Made by a program: the position numbers and the translations under genes. Below the pieces are notes generated by a model. The model was not told the DNA's origin and searched no databases. It saw only the letters and a program-made list of their open reading frames with translations. 64,000 bases of DNA from Octopus sinensis (lineage: Eukaryota): the NCBI RefSeq assembly GCF_006345805.1, contig NC_043013.1, positions 15,810,001 to 15,874,000 on the forward strand. Reading direction: 5' to 3'. Positions 25,521-37,739 of this stretch are shown here, piece by piece; position 1 is the stretch's first letter; the number at the start of each line of letters is the position of its first letter.

Positions 25521-27839
25521 GATATGTGGTACTGCAGAAAAGAATTTCCAGTGCAAGCTTAGTGCACCTACCCTTTCCTTTGCCTATTGAGTACCCTCTC
25601 TGCACACATCATTGCACATATACATTTCAAACCCTCTTGTCACACAACTATCTATTCTAACTACTGTACATATTCTATATCCTCTCATCTCTTGTACCAT
25701 GACACCCATAACTGAGAGGAAAGTGTTTGATTTGTGCATATTGAATATTCCCTTTTTACTACTCCTCCTTCCACCCAAATCGCAAGTCTTGACACATAAA
25801 TCAGGAGTAATTACAGGCTAGCAGCCTTTACCAGCTCTTCTTTTAGACATGTTACCATGACAATATACTCTGGTCTCATCATCATTTATCTTCTGCACCA
25901 TTTCTTCCATCATAAATAATGTGAAGTAGCACTGCATCTCCTACTCCACCTTATCTTTTGCCCTTATCACTCAAATTCTCTCTCACAAATTCCTTGACAC
26001 TCTCTCTCTCATTACCCACCTATGTCTAACAATAGGTAGCGCTACACTTGCTTCTACTCAACCTCTTCATGCTACCTTTTACTATTAACACATTCCCTAG
26101 TAGCAGCCCTATCTATTCTCAACAATAAACTTGCGTAACTCTAATAAGAACTGTCTTGAATCCTAACCAACTGTCCAATACATGCTGGTATGGCAGACAG
26201 ACTGACCCATCCCATCCCATCACTGGGTCCACCTGCTCAACCAACTCCAGCATCATTATCATACTGTCCTCTTACCCTTCTTCCATATAACTCTTGACTT
26301 TACTTTTCCCCTCTCTCTGTTACCATCCTCTCACAATAAACCTGTTCCTTTCCTTCATATGATAATCTCTTTTGCAAGCTACAAGGCAAATACTAACAGT
26401 GCTGGTATCATAAAAAGCACCTAGTACATTGAATGTTTAATAACTGATCTGAACAGCAAGAAAGGAGGGTTTCACAAGGTTCTTTAGTCTTGCTGATAGC
26501 AAGGCACCCTCTAGAGTGCTGGTGCTACAAAAAGTGCATCCAGAACACTATGTAAAGTGGCTGGTGATAGGAAGGTGATATTAGAGGAAGGTAAGGTCCT
26601 CCAACTTTTTGAATCCTATTGAACCATCCTATCCATGACAGGAAGGAAAGCAGCTATAAAAAGATGATCTTTCTCTCTCTCTCTCTCTCTCTCTCACTCA
26701 CACACACACACGGTTAAGAAGTGTGCATTGTAATCACATGCCACATGGTTTGGGGTCCAGTTGAAACAGATGCCGTTAGGAATAAAGAATGTATGCTAAA
26801 GGAAGTGATAGCAAAGAGTGGAGAGATAACTGGTGAAAAAAAAAAAAGATGATGAAATAAGTAATTCTACTTCCAACTGCAGGATACTGTAGTAGTTAGA
26901 AGAGTGATGGAGGGATCAGTGATGACAGGGAATTGAGAGAGTGGTGGGGACAGCATGATAGAATCAAATTGGGTAAAAGGTCTGGTTGTGTGCGTACACA
27001 TTACGCTTTCAGAACCTTAGTCTCACCATGACGGGTGGATGTTCTCAAGCAGAGCCTATTGCCAATCATCATGGTCCTTTGTCATCTCTCCTCTGAAGCC
27101 ATCAGTATTTCACCCATATCTTCCAAAGTTTCCCTCTTTCACAAGCTCCATCCACATTAAAACAATTATACAGCTGTCTATCTATACACACTTCCATACC
27201 AGTGCTGTCATCTCCCCCGCACACTATATCTGATTCCTCTTATGCTCCGTTTTCTTTTCACCATATATTTTTTAGTTCATTGTTCATACACACTCATGTT
27301 GCACTTTCAGCAGAGCATACCAAATGAATTATTTTTCTTGTCTTCACAACCCCTCTGCATCCAGGGGTCATGTCTCATTACCATGTAGTTATGCAGTTCA
27401 TACATAAGCATCATACAATCTACCTTTCACTCTAAGAGAAAAAAATAATTTTTTTTTTTTGTTTAACAACAAAGGTAATAGTCCTCTGAACTTTTCCCAG
27501 ATGTCTTGGATATTTCAGATTTAGCATTTAGCATGGCTTCTATGGATGGATGTCCTGCCTAACACCAACCACTTCTTAGAGTGTATTAGGGCATACTTAT
27601 CGTGGCCCCAACATCCATGAGGTCACCTTGTAACTAAAAGGATTATAAAGAGCCGCCACGACTGCGAGCAAGAAGAGGAATGAAGGTGAGAAGTTAATGT
27701 ATGATGGAAGGAGGGTGGTGGTAGCAATAGCAGAGAGACTGTGTGTGTGTGTTGGGGAAGGGAATAATATAAGGGAGAGAAAAGGAAAGTGGGGAGACGA
27801 GTCAGAGAGTATTAGACGGTAGAATGGGTTGAGTAGGAG

Positions 27840-29064
27840 ATTTGCGTACGTGAATATACACACATACAGAAATAATATATGTATATATATATATATACTG
27901 CATGTAATATGCACCAGACATATATACGTATATATATATGTATATAGCGAGGGAGGCATACACACACGATATATATATATACACCTAGATCCACACAATA
28001 TACACACACAACATCACACATAATAACACATATACATGAAACACACACAAGTATACATGAATTGCACATATACATAACGTATATAAGTAACACCAACATG
28101 AAAACGCACCACAGACATTGTACACACACGCATACATTACATACACATACATTACACACAGGCACACACACATACAAATACGACAGTCTCTCTTTTTCAT
28201 CCTCACTATATATACGCGCATATACATACGTAGAAACAGACAACCTCCAATATGTATCACACACACACACAAATTAAGTGTGTAAATATAACACACACAA
28301 CATAAATTATATATATATATACACACTATATTTAGATGTAGATACTCTACAGAACACTATATTTTATCGACACTATATAACGATATACAGACATTTTAGC
28401 TATACATAAAACTATATATACACTATATGTCTATATATAGACACTACGGCGGTGCCCCAGCATGGCCGCACTAGTTAAGAAAGTACTATGTATATAGTCA
28501 TAGAGCATACATTATATATATACATACATACACATATATATATATATATACACATCATATAGACACACACGCAATATATGCATACTATTATATAGTCATA
28601 GAGCATACATTATTATATATATATATATATATACATACATATGTATATATATACACACACACATTATATAGACACACACGCAATATATGCATACTATATA
28701 GGCGATCTTTAATATATACGACAATAAATGCATATTATATACAAAATGCACATTTACTCTATATATCTATTACATACATATATAATTACAATATTTTATA
28801 CACATATTTATATATACATACCCATATTATACGTAATATATAATATATACAAACTAATTTACCTAAAATTTCTAAATTATACATAATATATAGATTGTAC
28901 AAATTTATTTTACACAAAATTTTTATTACATAGGCAATATACATAAAACTACTATAACGCATAATACACACACAATATATATGCATACATATATATATAA
29001 CACATATATATATATATATAACACACATACATATATATATATATAACACATATATATATATATA

Positions 29065-29106
<42 letters not shown>

Positions 29107-29660
29107 CACATACATATATATATATAACACACATACATATATATATAACACACACACATATATATAACACACACACATATATATATAACACATATATATA
29201 GATACATATATAACACACACATATATATATATAACACATATATATAGATACATATATATATAACACATATATAACACATATATATACATATATATAAAAC
29301 ACATATATATATAACACACATATATATATATAACACACACATATATATATATATATATAACACACACACATATATATATATATATAACACATATATATAT
29401 ATATAACATATATATATACATAACATATATATATATACATAACATATATATATACATAACATATATATATATACATAACATATATATATATACATATATA
29501 TAAAACACACATATATATATATAACACACACACATATATATATAACACACACACATATATATATATACATACATATATATAAAACACACACACATATATA
29601 TATACATACATATATATATGTATATATATATATATAGATACATATATATATATGCGTATG
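27840..29660. repeat. Compound (TA)n/(CA)n microsatellite field
   Basis: Near-continuous atatat/acacac, especially 28950-29660. Confidence 0.95.
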
Positions 29661-30199
29661 TATGTATGAGTGTGTCTACGTGTGTGCAGACTGCTAGTCT
29701 TGTTTCGCCATAGCAGCAGTCGTTACTACCAAGTAGAGTGAAGAGTAAAAATATGGTTATGGCTAAGTCCTGTTACGGCTATACATACATATATATATAT
29801 ATTATATATATAAATACACACACACCACTTAACAGATCGTTTTTATTTTTCACTGAATAATCAACAATATACAATTAACAACAATCTTCAGACAAATATA
29901 ATTCTGTTACGTGCGTGTGTGATGCAAGCCTATATTTTTTTTCCTATCTTCTGCTCACATTTTCGACAAGGCAGAAAAATTTTAACCTTATACAATGTCT
30001 ACGAAGATTTGAAATCAAGTTTATTTTATAAAGGCGTGCTATATATTCTTTTATAAGATAGCAGTAGTTTAGTTTAGCTTCAAATCTTTACTTACCAGTC
30101 AAATATTTTCGTTGGAAATGGTCAGTGTAATAATCTAAAACATATCAAAGCCATAGCAGGCAACAAAGTGGAGTCATCTTGTCAAGACTTTTCGCTTTT

Positions 30200-30584
30200 T
30201 TTTTATTATTGCTTTCCTTTCTTTTCCTTTGCCTCTATCAAATTTGTTCGGTAGTTTCCGTCGACTCGATCGGAATAGAACGATTTATCACTTCGTCAAT
30301 TTCCGACAGTTTTCGGTTCTACGACTTCTATTTTGTCTTGACTTTTACTTTACAAGGAGGAGGAGAAGTGAGGTGGTGGGGGCGGCGAGAAGTGAGGTGG
30401 TGAGGTGGCAGCAGCGGCGTGAAGTAAGCTGGTGGCGGCGACGGAAAGTGAAGTGGTGGTGGCGGCGGCGAAAAGAAGAAGAGGGAATGAAATGGAAAAA
30501 AAAAAGAGGAAGTGACGTATTAGTATCGGAAGTGACGACAGCTATCGACCATTTCTCCTTTAATTTGTGCAACGTCTAATAATA
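30200..30584. promoter_or_regulatory. CpG-rich promoter / 5' region of MRPS10 with two ETS-CRE composite motifs
   Basis: GGAAGTGACGT at 30508-30518 and CGGAAGTGACG at 30527-30537; GGC/CG-rich stretch 30350-30480 directly upstream of the ATG. Confidence 0.6.
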
Positions 30585-31214
30585 ATGAAACTTTTGACAA
30601 ATATTTCTAAATTATGTCAACATGTCTCTAGAAATTCTCGATGCACGTCTACTCTGCTGTTCCCTGTTAGGCTAAATCCTTTAAAATGCAGCAGCCATTT
30701 ACCGCGTACACCCGGCTCCATCTCCAACTATAGCCCTGTCTCTTGTTTCAGCCATGGACCGACCTCCCCCAACATAAAAGAAGATCACGTTGTTGTAAAT
30801 CATAATATTAATGGTCAACTGACCGATTCTGATGCAGAACTGGACTGTTTATATCGTAAAATAGATGTGGAAGTGAAAGGACATGACCCTGCTGTTATCA
30901 ACAGCTACGAGAAATTCGTTCGGATGGCCGCCGAGGGCCTCGGGGTCCAGATCGGCAGCGTGTTTACGCCGCCCAAGGTCATCACTCGGTACACCCTACT
31001 GAAATCTGTTCACATTTATAAGAAACATCGTGTCCAATACGAAAATCGGACTCACTTTCGCGTCATAGAATTCATTCATTTAACAGGATCGACGGCAGAT
31101 ACCATTCTGGAGTATGTACAGCGGAATTTACCCGAAGGGATGGCCATGAAAGTCACAAAACATCGGATAGAAGCTTTACCCGAACATGTTGATGCTGCTA
31201 CGATCGAGAAATAA
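30585..31214 (+). CDS. MRPS10: Mitochondrial small-subunit ribosomal protein S10 (uS10m), 209 aa, single coding exon
   Basis: [77 protein letters not shown] matches the MRPS10 family as I recall it; Arg/Ser-rich, acid-poor N-terminus fits a mitochondrial presequence; first ATG at 30585. Confidence 0.95.
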   Translation: MKLLTNISKLCQHVSRNSRCTSTLLFPVRLNPLKCSSHLPRTPGSISNYSPVSCFSHGPTSPNIKEDHVVVNHNINGQLTDSDAELDCLYRKIDVEVKGHDPAVINSYEKFVRMAAEGLGVQIGSVFTPPKVITRYTLLKSVHIYKKHRVQYENRTHFRVIEFIHLTGSTADTILEYVQRNLPEGMAMKVTKHRIEALPEHVDAATIEK

Positions 31215-31648
31215 GCTACAATTCCGTTGTTTATTTATAAATTTTATAGCACCCTGAAATGCTTTAAAGACTTTTGTAATTTATATGGGTTTTTTATAAA
31301 AAAAAAAAAAAATCAAACCGTAAATTAATTATTGTTGTTTTTATTGTTTTGTTTTGTTCTTTTCTTTTTGTCGATCAAAATTTTGTGAAAATAGCGAAAC
31401 GCGACGATTCTCGTCTCCTCTCTTTGCACAGCAGACTTATTTACTTCGTGTGGACCATTGGTGAACAATAGCGCCGTTGCAGATATATATATATATATTA
31501 CAAGATAAAAAGAAATCAATAGTTTATTGCATTTCAGTGTAAGAACGACACAAGAGTATCTTATAACTCCGTAAAAACAAACATATCGATGCATTACGTG
31601 AAGCACCATTTTTTTTCTACCTTTGTGTGAGTGTGCATTATATATACA

Positions 31649-31680
<32 letters not shown>

Positions 31681-31727
31681 CATACATATATATATACATA
31701 CATACATATATACATATATATATATAC

Positions 31728-31758
<31 letters not shown>

Positions 31759-31977
31759 CATACACATATATATATACATACATATATATATATATACTTT
31801 ATAATAGGGTCCAGCAAAGATTTGCTTTACCACATACCGAAGTTTAGAAATAGCAGCCAAAGAACCTTATTATAAGGTATTACTTTAGTTTACCGTGATA
31901 TGGTCCTTTTTCATGCCGAATTCTACTTGGTGAAATTATTGATTACTAGTTAATTAATTAATTTTACCCTTTGTTAT

Positions 31978-32008
<31 letters not shown>

Positions 32009-32623
32009 GGGGATGGTATTATTAAAATACCATCACAGGTGGTAAGCGAATTGTCAACCGTACAGGCAAATTAATAAAATATATACATACAATATTAGAT
32101 ATGTACATATATACACAAGGGTACTATATGAGTACCTATATCGCTAAAGATAGCAGTCAAAAAATACTTCTGTGACTATTAGGTGGTACAGAAGTATTTT
32201 TTGATTTCTATAGCATCCTTGTGTATATATGTACATATCTAATATTGTATGTATATATTTTATATATATATATACATACATCGTTGCTATTATGTTCAAC
32301 TGTCGTATGTCCAAATTTGACCAAATGCGGTTTTTTTATTTTTTATTTTGCTTGCAGTAACCGGTTCTTTTGGGTAAAACTATCGTATTTCCAGCTGCTT
32401 CGGATGCCAAGATATGAAAATTGTCAAAAAACAACGGTTTAGCATTTTGCAAAAGTGTAGTAAGTCACGCATACGACAGTTTTGTTAAAATATTTCTGGC
32501 TGAAAATATCATACATGCATGGAGTTAGGATTTTATACACCCAATAAAGTATTATACTGTTGCTAATTTAAAAAGAAATTGGAATGGTGAAACTAATTTT
32601 CCGTCTTCTGAAAAAAAAAAAAG

Positions 32624-33012
32624 GGCAATCTTTCGTCTCTAGTAGACCTTTCCGTCGACTTCCGTAAAAATTTTTTTTTTTTACATATGGGCTTGCGGGA
32701 ACTTTTGAAGTAATGAGAGCGAAAGAGACTAAGAGAAAGCGATTGTATGACGAGGGAAGTTCTTTTGAAGTTACCGTGCATGGGAACATTGATGGACATG
32801 TGTGTGTTTGATGGGGTGTGGGAGACAGACAGTATGTTGTGTAAGTGAAGTGCTTCTGTTAGTGTGTGAAAGAAAGAGATAACTGAAATTTTTTACTCGG
32901 TGTATGTGTATATGTATGTATATTACTTCAAAAGTTCCCGCAAGCCCATATGTAAAAAAAAAAAATTTTTACGGAAATCGACGGAAAGGTCTACTAGAGA
33001 CGAAAGATCGCC
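32624..33012. mobile_element. MITE / foldback element with ~91-bp terminal inverted repeats
   Basis: 32624-32714 is the reverse complement of 32922-33012 with two mismatches; A-rich flanks on both sides. Confidence 0.8.
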
Positions 33013-33194
33013 AAAAAAAGGCAACGTTTTGGATTTACGACACTTTTGCATAATAGCAACGACATATAATTTTGATTGAGGAAAAGCGAAGTCGGATGTT
33101 GGTCGACACACGAGACTATTATTACGAAACATTTGTCCACAGTTCTGCAATCGAACCCTGGAGCAAGTGATTGCAAAATAACATTTCCTGTCAT

Positions 33195-33380
33195 GGCGGC
33201 GAGCTGGCAGAAACGTTAGCATTGCGGACGAAATGCACAGCGGTATTTCTTCTGCCGCTACGTTTCTGAGTTCGAATTCCGCCGAGGTCGACTTTGCCTT
33301 TCATCCTTTCGGGGTCGATCTAATCGACTTGGTCGTCCCCTTCCCCAAAAATGTCGGGGTTTTGTGCTTAGAGTAAGAAA
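33195..33380 (+). mobile_element. SINE family B copy
   Basis: ggcgagctggcagaaacgttagc..gagttcgaattccgccgaggtcgactttgcctttcatcctttcggggtcgat; Pol III A/B-box-like motifs. Confidence 0.8.
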
Positions 33381-34411
33381 ACATAAACAAAACATTTCCT
33401 TATACGTCACTCCTGCAACTGTAAAGTTACATAAGTGAATCAAAGTTGATTTGATCGACTAAAATCTTTCAAGGCAGAGACAGCACTCCAGCATGAATAT
33501 ACACTTTATATAGATAAATACATTGATAGATACGGTGCTCCAGCATGACCGCATGGTTGAAATGCACATATGTTTGTGTGTATATATAATGCATGCGAAG
33601 CCATTGATCACTCTATAATCGGGCATATAATTAATTACTGCTCTAACTTTTAAAGTGTGCTTCTTTTTCGTATCCACTGATATATATATATATATATATT
33701 AATAATTTATTATTATTAATATCCAAACTCATAAAGATATACCCGTGTGAAAGAACTTATTGTATTAAAAATATATATAAATAAATAAATATAATGTATA
33801 AAATAAATTTGATAGTTTAAAAGTTTTGAACTATATATATATATATATAAATATATATACGCATATATCTTGGGTAATAATGTCATTAAAGCTTGTAGGT
33901 TAAGTTTAAATATCCTGGTTTATAATATGTCTTTATAATGACAAAAACTACTTTGATAATCGAAGTTCAAAAGCGAACCTTTATTTGTTTAACCCTATTT
34001 CACAAACTCTGGCGTTTGCAGAGAACGACTGATGTTGGCGACTACGGAAAGGAATCAACTAAATTCATGCAATTCTTTCTATGCATCACTTTACATTATT
34101 TCATAGGAACGGAGGAAATATCTAGATTTCTTTTTCTTTCTGTTTTCAAAAATTTTTTTTTTAAAGATTTTGCAGTTTCGGATTAAGAACTCTACATACG
34201 CTGTAAAGATAATTGAATTTATTTTTTTTTTATCTATTTCTTATTTCAGTGTTTAGACTGCGACCATGCTGGAGTGCTGTCTCAGCCTTCAAAAGATTTT
34301 AGTCGTACAAATCAACTCTAGTACTTATTTTTAATCCTGATACTTATTCTACCGGTTTCTTTGCTGAACCGCTAAGTTGAGATGACCCAAAGCCAACCCC
34401 GGTTGTGTTAA

Positions 34412-35308
34412 GAGGTGGTATGGCAGAATCAGCACGCCGGGCAAAATGCTTAGCGTTATTTCGTCTGCCGTTACGTTGTGAGTTCAAATTCCACCGAGGT
34501 AGACTTTGCCTTTCATCCTTTCGGGGTCGATAAATTAAGGACCAGATACGCACTGGGGTCGATGTAATCGACTTAATACCTATGTCTGTCCTTGTTTGTC
34601 CCCTCTGTGTTTAGCCCCTTGTGGGTAATAAAGAAATAGGTATTTCGCCTGCCGCTACGTTCTGAGTTCAAATTCCGCCGAGGTCGACTTTGCCTTTCAT
34701 CCTTTCAAGGGCGATTAAATAAGTACCAGTTACGCACTTGGGTCGATGTAATCGACTTAATACCTATGTCTGTCCTTGTTTGTCCCCTTGTGGGTAATAA
34801 AGAAATAGGTATTTCGTCTGCTGCTACGTTCTGAGTTCAAATTCCACCGAGGTCGACTTTGCCTTTAATCCTTTCGAGGGCGATTAAATAAGTACCAGTT
34901 ACGCACTTGGGTCGATGTAATCGACTTAATACCTATGTCTGTCCTTGTTTGTCCCCTTGTGGGTAATAAAGAAATAGGTATTTCGTTTGCCGCTACGTTC
35001 TGAGTTCAAATTCCGCCGAGGTCAACTTTGCCTTTCATCCTTTCGAGGGCGATTAAATAAGTACCAGTTACGTACTAGGGTCGATATAATCGACTTAATC
35101 TGTCTGTTTGTCCTCTCTGTGTTTAGCCCCTTGTGGGTAGTAAAGAAATAGGTATTTTGTCTGCCACTATGTTCTGAGTTCAAATTCCGCCGAGGTCGAC
35201 TTTGCCTTTCATCCTTTCGGGGTCGATGAAATAAGTACCAGTTACGTACTAGGGTCGATATAATTGACTTATTCCGTTTGTCCTCTCTGTGTTTAGCCCC
35301 TTGTGGGC
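34412..35308 (+). repeat. Tandem array of five SINE family B units (one with head, four 5'-truncated)
   Basis: Units start near 34456, 34640, 34809, 34978 and 35152; lengths 184, 169, 169, 174 and ~157 bp. Confidence 0.9.
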
Positions 35309-35859
35309 ACGTGTGAGTGTATACAATGGAATTTCGCTTTCCATCTACCAGATATAATCACATGGCTTTGGTTGGTCCAGGGACATAGTTGGAAAGCAAG
35401 CTTCTTCATAGACAGTTATGCCCTGGACAATTTTTTGACTTTTTTCTGAATATTTTAAACAGGAAAATTACAAAGAATCGGCAAAATAAAAAAAAAATTG
35501 GAAAAATGCCAAAAATTAGAAAGTTTGAGTCGGTTTCTTATTACGAAATGGATAAGGGTTATGTAAGCTAAAACAATGAAATTTTGAAAAATTGTTTTTG
35601 CAGAATCACAATCGCTTAAAATTTGAAAATCTGAAAGAAAAAAATTTCAAAAAAAATAAAAGCAAAGAATAATAAATTAACAGGGTGGGTGGCGCTTGTA
35701 TTGAAACTGCCAAATAAATTCTAAACACCTCTTTCTTACCCTCTCCTTCCTTTACTTCTCTCGCTCTCCTTTTCTATTTCTTCCCTCCCTCTTTCCTCTT
35801 TCTATATCGTACGTTTTCTCTCCCACTTCATTTGGCCTGCTAGAAATAGCAACCAAAAG

Positions 35860-36250
35860 GCGGTGAGCTGGCAGAATCGTTAGCGCACCGGGCAAAATGC
35901 TTAGCGGTATTTTGTCTGTCTTTACGTTCTGAGTTCAAATTCCGCCGAGGTCGACTTTACCTTTCATCCTTTCGGGGTCAATTAAATAAATACCAGTTAC
36001 GCACTGGGCTAGATATAATCGACTTAATCCGTCTGTCCTTGTTTGTCTTTAGCCCCTTGTAGGTAGTAAAGAAATAGTTATTTCGTCTGCCGCTACATTC
36101 TGAGTTCAAATTCCACCGAGGTCGACTTTGCCTTTTGTCCTTTCTGGGTCGATTAAATAAGTACCAGTTATGCACTGGGTTTGATATAATCGACTTAATC
36201 CGTTTGTCCTCTCTGTGTTTAGCCCTTTGTGGGTGGTAAAGAAAATAGAA
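35860..36250 (+). mobile_element. SINE family B dimer
   Basis: Full head at ~35860, second unit begins after gaaatag at 36078. Confidence 0.85.
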
Positions 36251-36769
36251 ATAGCAACCAAGACTTCTTCAAATTATCTACATAACTATTTCCTTTAAAA
36301 TTAGAAAAACACACCATGGTCCGAGGTACTTCACATCTGAGGAAAAAAAAACCCAAAAAACAACGCTTGATGGTTGTGGTTGGAAGACCTTTTGATTATT
36401 ATTATAGTCTCTAGATTTAGCAGATTTAACAGATCTGCTAAATCTAGAGGCTGGAGTAGGTCCATATATTATATTATTATCTACAGAAAGCCATTATAGA
36501 CTGCATAAATGTGGAAGGTCATGTTATTTTATGGATAAAATTTATTTAGTGGCCTACCTTTCATAGACTACCATATCTTTCATCTTTTTGACTTATTTCA
36601 ATCACTGGATTACAGCTATGGTGAGACACTGCCTAGAAGGGTTTTAATTGAATAAACAACTCCAATATTAATTTTTTTGTTAAGAGCCTGGTATTTCTCC
36701 TATCAGTTACGACAATGTAAACAAACCAAACTCCAGTTGTTAAGTTGCAGGGCCAAACACATCATCATC

Positions 36770-37015
36770 ATCATCATTTAACGTCTGCTTTCCATGCTAG
36801 CATGGGTTGGACGATTTGACTGAGGACTGGCGAACCAGATGGCTGCACCAGGCTCCAATCTGATCTGGCAGAGTTTCTACAGCTGGATGCCCTTCCTAAT
36901 GCCAACCACTCCGAGAGTGTAGTGGGTGCTTTTACGTGCCACTGGCACGAGGGCCAGTCTTGCAGTTCTGGCAACAGCCACGCTTGAAATGGTGTTTTTT
37001 ACATGCCACCTGCAC
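36770..37015 (-). mobile_element. RTE LINE 3'-end fragment with (GAT)n tail
   Basis: catcatcatcatttaacgtctgctttccatgctagcatgggttggacg.. is the reverse complement of 58260-58430. Confidence 0.85.
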
Positions 37016-37029
37016 ATATACATACATAA

Positions 37030-37375
37030 AAGGTAAAGGTGAAAAGACTCCTTTTGGTCATGCATGACCATGGGATTGCACCTAGAAAATTACCTTCTGA
37101 TGTACAAGTCTGGGTATGGTTGCTAATGGAAGACCAGCAGTCGTCTATGCATTCCAACTTTGTCTCTCCACGCCACTGATGTTATCCAAGGGAAAGGCAA
37201 AAGCCAATACAGTTTGGCATCAGTAATGTCGTAACTCATTTCTACAGCTGAGTGAACTGGAGCAACGTGAAATAAAGTGCCTTGCTCAAGAACACAACAC
37301 ACGACCGGTCCGGGATCAAACTCACTACCTTATGATTGTGAGCCTGACACTCTAACCACTGAGTCACACATCTTC
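37030..37375 (-). mobile_element. tRNA-derived SINE family D
   Basis: Minus-strand head gactcagtggttagagtg..gagtttgatccc (A/B-box-like), central gttcttgagcaaggcacttt, tail cctttaccttt. Confidence 0.7.
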
Positions 37376-37404
37376 AGATGCATGCATATATATATATACA
37401 TATA

Positions 37405-37686
37405 TTGTTGTTTGTTCCTTCTCAAGCCACACCTGGCTCGTTAGGGTCGGTTTCCTTGATGTACAGGACCCCACCTGGAAGGGACACCAGTCCGTCGCAG
37501 GTGAGCTGCAAGATGCAGGAGGAAAGAATGGGAGAATGTTGTGGCGTGAGAGTCAGCAAAAGTTCGTCATTACCTTCTGCCGGAGCCGTGTGGAGCTTAG
37601 GTGTTTCACTCATAAACACACACATCGCCCAGTCTGCGATTTGAACCCATGATCCCTTGACCGTGAGTCCGCTGCTCTAACCTCCA
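37405..37686 (-). mobile_element. tRNA-derived SINE sharing head and centre with family C but with a different tail
   Basis: Minus ggttagagcagcggactcacggtc..gtgtttatgagtgaaacacctaagctccac resembles 61258-61355. Confidence 0.7.
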
Positions 37687-37739
37687 CATATATATATATA
37701 TATATATATAAAGAGAGAGAGAGATTTATATGTATATAT

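Noticed and set aside
28786-29643. Long Y/I/C/V-rich ORFs (also near 31.6, 44-45, 46.7-47 and 53 kb)
   Set aside because: Translations of TA/CA microsatellites
30567-30584. GTG start proposed by the ORF track for MRPS10
   Set aside because: Eukaryotic gene; the in-frame ATG at 30585 is the natural start
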